DNA of 64,000 nucleotides. Source: Blastocystis sp. ATCC 50177/Nand II (Eukaryota). How positions within the stretch are numbered: the stretch's first letter is position 1; each line of letters begins with the position of its first letter. Below are positions 12,001-23,240 of this stretch, piece after piece. The notes below the pieces were generated by a model. That model had not been told where the DNA came from. It ran no database searches and saw nothing but the letters and a program-made list of their open reading frames with translations. Location of the stretch: assembly GCA_039096935.1 (NCBI GenBank), contig JBBPEE010000035.1, positions 62,001 to 126,000 of the forward strand, in the 5' to 3' direction. Made by a program: the position numbers and the translations under genes.

Positions 12001-13489
12001 GGGATACACCGCCATCATTGATTGTCAAGGAAAGGAGAGGAATCATCAGCGAATCGAATCGCCCTCGATAAGGGAGACGGCAAGAAGGCCAAGGCGTCCA
12101 GCAACAGTGCACAAGTACTGAGCATGCCAGTTGCGGTTGTCCCGCGATGAAGATATGGGACTGACTGTATACGGTGGAGAATATGGTGTGAGAACGTCAG
12201 GAGCGAGGAATAAGGAAATGGAAAGGATGATCGAGGAGAAGGAAGCAAGAAAGGAGGTGCAAGCCACACTCCAGAGGGTGGAGAGTGGCAGGAGAAGAAG
12301 ATACGTACAATCAAGCAGATGCGAGCAATGGTTAGCGCCTGGAACAATCCATACCCGCACAAGCCCATGACGAGACGGCAGTACAGTTGCCATAAGAAGT
12401 ACTGGATTGCAGACTCCCACCTGTGGTTCAGATGGCAAACTACGGAAACAGAGGAGGAGAGCCAAAGAAGGATGGAGGAGATAATGGATCCGCACCAGAG
12501 AGTGCAGTGACTGCCTCATACACGATAATAGGGAAGCGAAGGCCACCAAAGAGGAATCAGCAACGAATCGGATAGCCTTCAATGGGTATCACAACGAGCA
12601 TGCGATAGATAACATCATAATGTGATTGTTAAGAGAAAGAAACAAATCAGCTTCATGGTCAAGGATGCCCCGATTTGATTATGAGTATAGCACACCACAG
12701 TGGGAGATCATCTCATAATCGTAGAAGCATAACAGAACAGAAGTGATCTCAGGAATACGACGCGACCAAAAATGTGGCGCATAGGATGGATATAATAAGC
12801 ACATTTTCAATACGTTAGTCAGCAGCAAGGCCGAAATACTCCATCATGAAAGGACATCTGTCGCAGCCATCTTATTTAATAGCATTGCATTCCATTACCA
12901 AAGAATGATGCATAGACATGACAACAGCAACAAATGAAGAATGAAGGGTGGAATGGAAGAAAAATAGGGACGATTTTGACCATTTCCTGTTTTCAATCCT
13001 CTCTCACTTATTGCCGTGAGTTGTTCTCGTTTTTTCTATGTAGCATTATGAAATTGTCAAGTTGCTCACATCTAGAAGTATGAATGCCTCAATAATCGAT
13101 GTCTCTACCATTCATCTTCTTTTGAAATCACTACTTCATTATTGAGTGGTAGTCACAATCCTAAATGGATATGCGGAATACTAACATCATCATGCAGCCT
13201 GTTCCAGTCTCTGCACGATTCTGTTGTTTTTCATGATAGATTCAATGTTGCTCACTTATCGGAGTGTATACTGAAGAGGCAATTCTGAAGATGTGCTACC
13301 TGCTGTGTTTTTCGGTTATTCGTAACCCATGAGCCGTATAGCAGGACCAATGAGTTAAACGCAGACTGTCTCTTCTAACCGCTACTCGGTTTGGTTGCAA
13401 TTCAAGATGAATGGAGTTTTCCGTATTCCAATGCGATTCCAACAGTTTCCGAAGATCATCATCATGTCTGTCTATTCTTCACTGCTCCG

Positions 13490-13856
13490 CTCGAAGCGAA
13501 GCCGCTGACCCTCGAGATTGACGCCTCGAAGGGCGCATCAGATCAAGTTCGGCGAGCCGGTGATCACGGGCTTCACGCGCTCCTTTGCGCAGCGCATCCC
13601 GAACGGCGACATCCTGAATGGCGACCTCCCGAACGGCGAGCGCCGCGAGTACCTGAAGCGGATGCTGTTCTCGGGCGGCGTGGGCCAGCTGGACGACCGG
13701 CACCTGCACAAGGGGCAGCCGGAGAAGGACATGCTGGTGGTGAAGGTGGGCGGTCCTGCCTACCGCATCGCTCTACCACATCGCTCTACCACATCGCTCT
13801 ACCACATCGCTCTACCACATCGTTCTACCACATCGTTCTACCACATCGGCTTCGGC
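13490..13856 (+). pseudogene. PFAS: Internal fragment of phosphoribosylformylglycinamidine synthase (FGAM synthase core)
   Basis: PLTLEIDASKGASD/KFGEPVITGFTRSF...RREYLKRMLFSGGVG...DMLVVKVGGPAYRI..GFG. Frameshift at about 13545 and a 13-nt array insertion. Confidence 0.85.
13766..13848. repeat. Tandem array, 6 x 13 bp (CATCGCTCTACCA), frame-preserving (78 nt)
   Basis: Read directly from the sequence; it interrupts the PFAS motif YRIG. Confidence 0.95.
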
Positions 13857-16800
13857 CGCCGCCTGCCCGACGCGGTGATCTCCCCCGAGGCGGGCAGCAG
13901 CGCGTCGGTGGTGACGTGCCCGGCGAACAGCAACAAGTGCGAGTCGACGCTGCACTTCACGAAGGAGTCGCGCGAGAACGTGCACGCGTGCTACTGGTTC
14001 AGCCGCGACCCCGGCTACTGGAAGAGCTACGAGAACCTGCGCCTGAAGGTGATGCAGCCCGGCGAGCTGACGGTGGAGTCGCTGGAGGGCTTCTCGAACC
14101 GCGGGCTCGTGGCGAACCAGGCGAAGGTGTTCCACATCAGCGGCTACTCGACGCAGGACAAGGTGTACCTGGTGCAGAGCGCGAGCGCGTGCCTGGAGGA
14201 GAACGCGCTGGACGGCCGCGTGTTCCAGACGACGGTGCTGGACGGCGCGACGGGCTTCGCGATCGTGGTGAGCATGACCTACGCGACGGCGGCGGAGGAC
14301 CTGAAGATGTGCTACCAGTTCTCGACGCTGACGGCGGCTGGCGACAAGGTGGAGGGCGTCTTCCACGTGTACGCGGTGAGCGGCTTCGACGCGGAGCGCA
14401 CGGTGGGCAGCATCGACTCGGTGGTGGCCGGCAAGACGAAGGAGCTGTTCCTGCTGGGCGCGGGCTTTGCGGAGAGCGACATGGTGGCGTGGGCGGAGAG
14501 CGGCGCGTCGTGCGCGGAGCGGAGCCAGGAGGGCGCGATGCACAAGCTGGTGGACGTGGAGGCGTTCTACGCGGTGGTGAGCATGAACACGCTGAGCGCG
14601 GGCAAGGAGTTCCACCTGTGCTACAAGTTCACGAACGAGGCCTGGAACGAGTACCCGGCGCTGGCGCTGAGAGTGAAGCACTTCGCGGGCGTGAACGGCG
14701 TGAGCCAGGGCAACGCGAACGCGTTCGTGGTGAGCCAGCCGAAGGCCTTCTACCTGGACGACGAGAACGCCGTGAGCGGCTACTCGACGCAGGACAAGGT
14801 GCATCTGGTGCTGAGCGGCCAGGACTGCGCCGACGCGAGCGCGTACGTGTACACGGCGGACGTGGAGGCGGGCCACTTCCAGTTCACCCTTAACCTGCCC
14901 GAGGCGCTGGCGGGCTCGGTGTACCGCCTGTGCTACGCCTTCGGCGCGGAGACGCCGGTGCAGACGAGCAGCACGGTGGCGGTGAAGTCCATGCCGGGCT
15001 TCGTGGGCGTGCTGGAGGGCACGGCGGTGGACGCGGAGCAGAGCGTGAACGCGGTGGTGCTGACCAAGGAGAAGAAGCTGGTGTTCCCGGCGAACAAGGC
15101 CATCAGCGACAACGACCGCTTCCTGCTGGTGAAGTCGCAGAGCGAGTGCGCGGCGGCAACGGCGTTCCAGCCGATCAACTCGGAGGGCGCGCAGCTGTAC
15201 TTCAGCGTGCTGCGCTCGGCGGCGGAGGAGGTGAACACGGAGCTGTTCGGCTGCATCAAGTTCAACGGCGAGCCGGCGCTGTTCCTGCCGCAGGTGGCGA
15301 TCCGCGTGAAGAGCTTCGCGGGCCTGACGGCGACGGTGGGAGACAGTGCGGTGCTGGTGCTCACGCAGCCGAAGACCTTCGTGGTGAGCGCGGAGGGCGA
15401 CAGCGTGATCATCGCGTCGACGTCGTGCGAGGACGAGAGCGCGGCGAACCGCCTGGTGTTCCCCGTGGTGGCGAGCGGCGAGAGCCTGCAGACGACGGTG
15501 ACGGTGGGCGTGGAGGGCATCGAGCCGTTGACGCCGCGCGCGTGGTTCCTGTGCTACCGCTTCGTGCACGAGAAGCCGGCGATGACTTCGATCCTGATGG
15601 AGGTGGACGGCTTCACGAGCGCGGAGGCGCTGACGGTGAGCGTGGGCGACAAGCTGAAGGCGGTGGTGAAGAAGGAGAAGCAGTATGCCTTCGCGACGGC
15701 GCAGGGCGCTCAGGCGGGCGACCGCGTGGCGCTGGGCTGCAGCTGCGAGAGCCTGCTGACGCCGATGGAGGAGCTGAACGCGTCGGCGACGGCGACGCTG
15801 GTTCTGGCGACGAAGCCTACCTGCGCGGTGGGCGTGTGCTACAAGTTCCGCGAGGAGCCGGAGGTGTTCTACAGCTGGGCGATGACGGCGTACGAGCTGA
15901 GCAGCCTGAACGGCCAGAGCGCGTTCACGAAGGACGTGGTGTCGGGCGAGCGCGTTCACGAAGGACGTGGTGTCGGGCGAGCGCTACGTGTTCTCGTTCG
16001 AGGGCAGCTCCAGCACGGAGGACGAGTTCAAGCTGGTGGCGGCGAACGCGGACTGCGCGGCGACGCTGCACGACTACAGCGACTCCTTCGGCGCCGTGCT
16101 GCCCGACATCGCGGTGGAGGGCGCCATGGACTCGGAGGACGGCAGCTACACGATCCTGCGTCTGGGCGGCAGCGGTGATCTGACCGCGTACTTCCCCTCG
16201 ATGCAGGCGTCGATGGTGAACGGCAAGTGGACGGGTCTGAACGCGATCCTGGTGGACGGCGTGTACGCCTACATCCAGAAGTACGAGCCGAGCGCGCGCT
16301 TCCTGCACCTGACGGAGAAGATCGCGGTGGAGGCGGGAGCGACGCTGAAGCTGGTGCACGCGACGGAGATGGAAGTGGTGGCCTCGCTGAACGCGTACCG
16401 CGCGAACGTGACGCTGCCGCTGACGACGACGAGCGAGGGCCTGCTGAAGCTGTGCTACGCCTTCGCGGGCGACGCCTTCTTCGCGTACGACGAGTACCAG
16501 TTCCGCGTGCGCCAGGTGAGTCCGAGCACGCTGTCGGTGAGCGGCACGCCGGGCCACACGCTGCTGAAGGCGATGAAGAACGTGGTGGCGCTGTCGGGTC
16601 TGAACCTGGAGAGCGGCGACAAGCTGCTCCTGGTGCAGCCGACGGAGCGCTGCTCGGCGGTGCCCGCGGCGGAGGTGACGATGACGGTGGAGGTGACGAT
16701 GACGGTGGAGGACGGCGTGGCGTCGGCGGTGGTGGACGCGAGTCTGGAGGGCTCGTACCGCCTGTGCTACAAGTTCGGCGAGATTGGCATCCAGAACACG

Positions 16801-17601
16801 GCGGCGGTGGTGGACGTGGTGGGCGCGTCGGTGACGGGCCAGACCTCGGAGTACAACGCGTGGTTCTCAGTGGCGAACCAGGCGCACGCGATCACGTACA
16901 CGACGCCCAAGTCGGAGGCCTTCGAGCAGGAGCGCGTGCCGTACTTCGCGACGATGGCGAACAGCGGCTACCACGTGACGGGCGTGCTGGACAGCCTGAT
17001 GAAGCCGGAGGGCGAGCTGATCCTGTACGCGACGAGCGCGGCCAACGCGGTGTTCACGTTCTCGACGGCGCACGCCGCGGACGTGCTGAGCCGCGTGGAG
17101 CAGTTCGTGGTGACGATCGAGAACCACCAGCTGAGCGCGGTGACGCTGGAGGTGACGCTGAAGACGGGCGCGAGCAGCGTGATGAAGACGGTGACGGAGC
17201 TGGTGGACGGCGTGAACCGCGTGGTGTTCGACGCGAGCGTGGCGGGCTGGAGCGCGCTGACGTTCTCGGCGCCCGTGTCGTACACGATCAAGGTGTCGTC
17301 GTCGTCGATCTCCATCTTCAACTTCCAGAGAACCTACTCGAGGCTGGTGTTCGCGGTGGAGGGCGCTGAGTCCCTGAAGTACGTGCGCGAGGCGTGCAGC
17401 GAGGAGCCCGTGGCGTCGGCGGTGATGCCGGTGGGCGAGGACCGCACGGTGCGCTGGCTGTTCACGGAGGGCTCCGCGACGGAGCAGTGGAAGCTGTGCT
17501 ACGCGATCGGCGCGAGTGGCTTCGTGGGCGCGGGCGTGGAGTTCAACATGCGCGTGGGCGAGGTGACGGAGCTGGTGCCGCTGGTGGGCGCGGCGAACCG
17601 C
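13857..17601 (+). pseudogene. Intronless fragment of a large repeat-domain, beta-rich, probably extracellular protein with recurrent LCY(K/R/A)F motifs; frameshifted
   Basis: ORFs 13518-16178 and 15967-17742 have very high GC3. Internal repeat SGYSTQDKVxLV. The frameshift comes from a 31-bp tandem duplication at about 15917-15984. Confidence 0.7.
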
Positions 17602-17742
17602 ATGGTGGCGGCGATGTACGCGGCGGGCTTGGAGCCGTGGGACGTGCACGTGCGCGACTTACTGAGTGGGCGCATCACGCTGGAGGGCTTCCTATTCAGG
17701 GTGTTGGTGGGCGGGTTCAGCTACGCGGACGTGCTGGAGTAG
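17602..17742 (+). pseudogene. PFAS: Fragment of the PFAS glutaminase domain
   Basis: MVAAMYAAGLEPWDVHVRDLLSGRITLEGF...VGGFSYADVL matches the PurL GATase pattern EMAAAF..AGFEPWDV...DLL.G...L..F...GGFSYADVL. Confidence 0.85.
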
Positions 17743-18117
17743 GCGCGCGTGTGGTGCATGGCAAGGACCGCTGCTTCTCGTTGAATGATACCGTGGTGAG
17801 TCTTGCCTCTCTTGACAGTCGCTCTCTGTGATTGACTTCGACATCCGCAATCTGCACAATGGTGGTGTTTCGATTGTGTACATCATGTGTTTCTTGCAAC
17901 AAAGCAATCACTGTTGGTTGAACTAAGCACTGTGCTGGAATGGAGCCCAGTGGGTTGCTATTGCAGCTAATGAGTTATGACTCATCATGATTGATCATGG
18001 CTGATGGCTCATGATGGATCTGAGCAGTGTTGATTTGTGTCAAATTGTCCCGGTCCGAGTATCAACATGAAGGTGTATGAATAGTACTAGGGTAGCCGAG
18101 TAACATATGATAGATGA

Positions 18118-18400
18118 TCACTCAAAAGGACGAGCGCGGAAATCAGACGATGTGGTGTTACCCTCGCTGAGATACTGGACGAGGAGGTCGAAGGTCTCAT
18201 AGTGCATCTTGATAGTCATCTTGAAGACCATCGGATTGCAGTTCTCGTTAATCAGGTGTTCAAGCGACCTAGTTTCCATGTTATACTTCGCGACGTGTCG
18301 GTGGTTAACCGCCGCATATACAACAGCGCGTGTGTGGTAGATGCGCGCGATCATTCCGTGGCGACGATAGGACCCGGATAACTAGCAGTAGTTAGTACGC
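18118..18400 (-). mobile_element. Possible N-terminal fragment of a Harbinger-type transposase
   Basis: FKMTIKMHYETFDLLVQYL resembles the F...FRM.R.TF..L...L motif of HARBI1-like proteins. The match is short and weak. Confidence 0.3.
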
Positions 18401-18640
18401 ACAACTCAAAGACAGTAAAAGGAGAAAGAAAATCAACGTATTTCACCATATGACCAAAACAGTGTTTGCTGAAACAAAAGAGTGTTTTGCTGTTGCTAGA
18501 CACACCAAATGGGGAAACACTTAGCTAAGGATGAGTGAATACTGCGGTTAGTTGTGCGGTTTGATAACCCCAAAGTGATAGATTCGGAGCATAGAGGGCA
18601 GACAGTACACAATCAATTGTTTGCAACAAGGAGAATGGAA

Positions 18641-21515
18641 TTAAGCCGGACACTGATCTGTAAAGAAGGTCTTCAGTTCACCAATATTGCCTAATCATCA
18701 ACTCATTCCATCTTTCTCACAGTTCGTTGAAACATCATCCTTGTAATAGAATGCATAAGGAAGAGTAACAGTAGTGAGTGCTGGTATGTCTATTACTCAT
18801 TTCTCTATACTACAAATACCATAAAGAGTAATGTGATTAGGATAACGGAAGGAGAGACTACCAGATATAGTAGTGAGTGAAGTGAGTGAAGTCAAGTCTA
18901 TTCATCATTCATCATTACCAAACATCACTTCGCATTACAAGGGTAGATGATTCAACCTCATTATCAAAATAGAATGCATCAAAGCCAAGTCGAATGGAAG
19001 TCAATTCAGGCAAATCTATTCGTTACTCTCACTTCAAGCAATTCACTCTCTAACACAAGACGAGAAGAACGAAGGAATGCACCATAACCAAATAGAAGTG
19101 ATTTCAATTTCGGTAAATCTATTCATCAATAGTAATAATCATCACTCACTCTTCAATTCCAATGATGCAAAGTAGAAATTGAAACTCAAATTATCCATGT
19201 CACCTATATCAATCAATTCCAAACTGTTCACATTCTCAATCTCAATCACTGAATAATCAGAGAATGAATAGCGACCAATCTTCAACTCCTTCAATGCATC
19301 ACAATTCTTCACATACAATTTACGATTTGCATCATTCTCATAATAGTTCTTCTTCATTGTGAAACTATTCTCTCCAATCATCACTCGCTCCAATGAATGC
19401 AAGCCAGTCAAATTCAACACATCTTGATAGAAGAAGCACTCATTACCAATCGACACATTCTTCAAGTTGACATACTTGCTCAAATCAATTCGATCATTTT
19501 CTCCATTACAAATGCCATCGCCAACTGTAATTACTTCCACATTCAGAGGAACAGCACCCCAACACTCTTACAGTACAGACAAATAGCCGTTTCCAATTTG
19601 TATCATCAACTCATTCCTTCTTTCTCCGTTCTTGACATCTTCTTTAAAATTAGAAGAGTAACATATAGTGCTGTATTCTTTAATCATTTCTCTATACTAC
19701 AAATACCATAAGAGTAATTGAGGGATAACGGAAGGGACTACCAGGTATATGTGTTTTAATTTTCATAATCATATTCAAACATCCTTCGATTAAAGGTATT
19801 TCACTATAAAATGCTATCCAAGTTGAATGGGTATTAAATTATTGTTACTCTCACTTCAAGCAATTACTTTCCAAGACGAGAAGAATGGTGCCTATTAAAA
19901 TATGATTTCAATTTCGGTAAATCTATTCATAATAGTAATAATCATCACTACTCTTATTCCAATGATGCAGAGTAGAAATTTAATAATGAATCCATGTCAC
20001 CCATTTAATAATTAAATTTATCTACTTGCTCAAATCAATTCGATCATTTTCTTCATTACACATGCCATCGCCAACTGTAATTACTTCCACATTCAGAGGA
20101 ACAGCACCCCAACACTCATCAGCAGTAATTGGATACAAGGTGGGAGTGGGAACAACAGTAGTAGGAGCAACAGTCGTAGGAGCAACAGTAGTAGGAGCAA
20201 CAGTCGTAGGGAGGAGCAACAGTCGTAGGAGCAACTGGGGGGGGTGGGGTGTGGGGGGGAGTCACAGTCGTAGGAGCAACAGTAGTAGGAGCAACAGTCG
20301 TAGGAGGAATGGTAGTAGGAGCAACAGTCGTAGGAGCAACAGTAGTAGGAGCAACAGTAGTAGGAGCAACCGTAGTGGGAGCAACTGTAGTAGGAGCGAC
20401 AGTCGTCGGAGCAACCGTAGTGGGAGCAACCGTAGTAGGAGTCACAGTCGTCGGAGCAACTGTCGTTGGTATGCCGCCCTTCAAGGCAATGGCAAATGCA
20501 TATCCAGCAATACCCGCGAAATCCGTATTCGTCTCATTAGCACGCATCGGTAGTTTCACGTTCACGCTCTCACACGGAGAGGGCGTTCCTTCAAACACCC
20601 AATACCCAGTCACCTCGTCCGTCGTCTTCACATAACCCGTCACCAAACCATAAATCGAAGGTTGGTACACACTTCGACGCAGCACCTCCTCCTCCTCTCG
20701 CATGTCCTTCACAAAGCGAAGCTGAAACAAATCCATCGAAATTGCCACCAGAACGGGATTTCCCGCACTCACGAGATTCATCAGACCACCTCGATTATAG
20801 CCCTCGGGCTTTTGGACATCAAAGCGATAGTGCTGAGAAAGAGGGATCGAGCAGACGCTCTTTCCTTCATCCATAGCGTGTTTTGCATCCTCCTCGCGCA
20901 CAAGACCGATCTGTCTCAGGCGAGTCGCAATCTCATTCATGGTCATTCCTTCGCAGATGTCGCTCCGATTGTAGCATTGTAGCACAAAGTCAACCGATAA
21001 TCTCTCGTTGATACCCATTTGGGCAAGAACCCTCTCGCCAGCATTCACAATCATTGTCATCCAGGAGAGAGAGCAATTCGAAGACACAGCATACTGACTT
21101 AGAGAGGGATGATTGCTGCAATACTCACGTTCCATAGTAGAGTACACAGGTTCGATGTGATCGACGTCCGGTACAATCTTTTCGTAGTAGGATCCCCGTC
21201 CAGAGTGCTTCTGCTGCACATCATGTAATCCCTGTAGATCTCGTTTGCTAAAGTCTGTAAGAATCGTAAACTCCATAGAATAGGGTGAAAAAGACTCCAG
21301 TTTCATCATATCGCGGCAGTTGGCTACAAAGTCATTGTAGTGAAGACTATGACATGAGTACAAGGAGGAAATGAAAACAGCTTGTATTCGTCGCAGTGAT
21401 TACCGCATTTCAAGCTGTACTTCTGCAAATAGTCGTCGTACTCTTCTTCCGAGCACATCCTTATGGCACGGAGCTTCACCATCAAAATGGCAATAATCAA
21501 CACGAAAGAGTGCAT
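18641..21515 (-). pseudogene. Signal peptide + catalytically degenerate papain-like (C1A) domain + PTTVA mucin-like stalk + LRR region; disrupted
   Basis: Starts MHSFVLIIAILM. Papain-like segments SNCSLSW...ERLSVDFVLQC...ICEG and YGLVTGY...GYWV. LRR-like LKNVSIGNECF and LKELKIGRYSF. Frameshift in the stalk and a degenerate internal duplication. Confidence 0.65.
20150..20470 (-). repeat. 15-bp coding repeat encoding (PTTVA)n
   Basis: About 18 copies of GTAGGAGCAACAGTM variants on the + strand, interrupted by G runs at about 20237-20260. Confidence 0.95.
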
Positions 21516-22303
21516 TTCTTAGCGTTATTCTGGTTTGCTGGCTTGGATATGAATGGCGGACACCCGTGGCGAAATCACAGGTCTGTTATGCACGTCCGAC
21601 ATGCTGTCTTTCACACATCAGCGTCGCGACGACAGTCCCTCTATTTCATCCCTTGACAAATGCCTCTTGTCTGTATTATGATCAAGTGTATTTCATATGA
21701 ACCCCCCACAAGTGCGGTTTTAGATGTCCTTACTGGATCAGACCCTGTCTCCTCTCCTACCTGCTTCGTTTTGCTCTGATGCAATTTGCGAAAGCGAGTG
21801 TTGCTATCAACTAGCATCAACTAGATGGTTGCTTACGTCATTAAGGCATGTATCGCAATTGCGACTCCGTAGTTCTTCCTGTCCGCTCCTTTCGTTTTCG
21901 GATACAAACGGATGAGTGTCTCTTTGTGAATCTGTAGAAGAGCGTTCCTTCTCACATGCGTCCTTATACCCTTCCAAGTAATCACCCTCGCAACCTCTTC
22001 ACTTTGTAAAACAAACAGATGCAACCACAGAGACCACCATTATCCATGTACTCGGCAGAAGGAGGAGTGTGCATCCCTCACTGTATTCAAAGCAGGGAGC
22101 GTGTATCGCTAGTCCTGCTTGCATTACTCCCATCATGGGCATTGATCGCTTCGCTCTTCACATACACTTCCATCACAAAGCAGCAGTGACTGCGTGACGA
22201 TCCTCATTAGTACACACCCTCTTCCTCCCAGCTACTTCAGCATTTGTGGAACAGTTGAAGGTTCTTGTAGGGTCTCACAGCTTCACGTCCTTCACCGTGC
22301 GTT

Positions 22304-22506
22304 CCTTCACGTATGCATTGAGTGTCTCCGCACATGCAGCACCTTCACGTATGCATTGAGTGTCTCCACACATGCAGCACCTTCACGTATGCCTTGAGTG
22401 TCGCCACACATGCAACGCCTTCACGTATGCATTGAGTGTCGCCGCACATGCAACGCCTTCACGTATGCATTGAGTGCCTCCGCACACGCAACACCTTCAC
22501 GTATGT
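22304..22506. repeat. Minisatellite, 5.3 x 38 bp
   Basis: CCTTCACGTATGCATTGAGTGTCTCCGCACATGCAGCA units start at 22304, 22342, 22380, 22418, 22456 and 22494. Confidence 0.95.
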
Positions 22507-23240
22507 CCGGATTGCCACATGTGCATGACTCCATCGCTACCCTCGCCACCCACGCAACTCCTTCACTCCTCCCATGATTATCATCGTTGCCATACACAAC
22601 TCCTCCATCGCTATACGGAACTGGGTGCGCTCGTTCGAGATGTGTTCTTCCCTCGTGTCTACGCTTACACTTTAATTCTCCGTGAAAGAAAAGGAATGGA
22701 CACCACCCCACTTCCAAAACAGCTACAGCGTCCTGATTCCACAAGCAAGTCACAAAACAGCGGCGGCGACACCGATATAGCAGCAGCTCCCTTCTCTAGC
22801 AACCCAACGTTCCTTGCATTCCAACAACTCAATGGGCACTCAAAAACAACAAGTAGCAGACGTTTTGTTTCATACATCACGAAGCGCACACAACTCGTAT
22901 TATAGGAACCAGCAGGAATCACAGAGAATGAATAGCACGCAATTCCAATAACTACCCTTCCAAAGCAAGCATATCCCTATTCTTCATTCTAACTATCATC
23001 GACACAAATCATGAATACCCTCCATGAAAGGAAAACAAGGTACTATAGTGGATTCCCCCCAACCGTGCTTCTTTGCAAAGATGTTATGCCTCTTCAATTC
23101 TGTCCATCCTGCAATTGCAACCCCTCGGAACCAAACGTCGCAAACGGGGAAGCAACCCCATTATAGGAAGATTCCATTCCCTCTGATAATCGCGGGGAAT
23201 CTTGGGTTCCTCCTTCCTGCTCATTCTCTCTTTTGTTAGC

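Noticed and set aside
13812..15959. Long antisense or alternate-frame ORFs (also 4368-6023, 4706-6340, 38439-40784, 28222-29520, 36922-37983)
   Set aside because: These are shadow ORFs caused by extreme GC3 on the true coding strand; they are Arg/Gly/His-rich with no motifs.
13857..17601. Intein or intron within PFAS
   Set aside because: No intein terminal residues or splice signals, and the intervening PFAS sequence is missing, so removal would not restore the enzyme.
22304..22506. CRISPR-like array (38-bp period)
   Set aside because: Units are contiguous with no unique spacers, there are no cas genes, and the context is eukaryotic.
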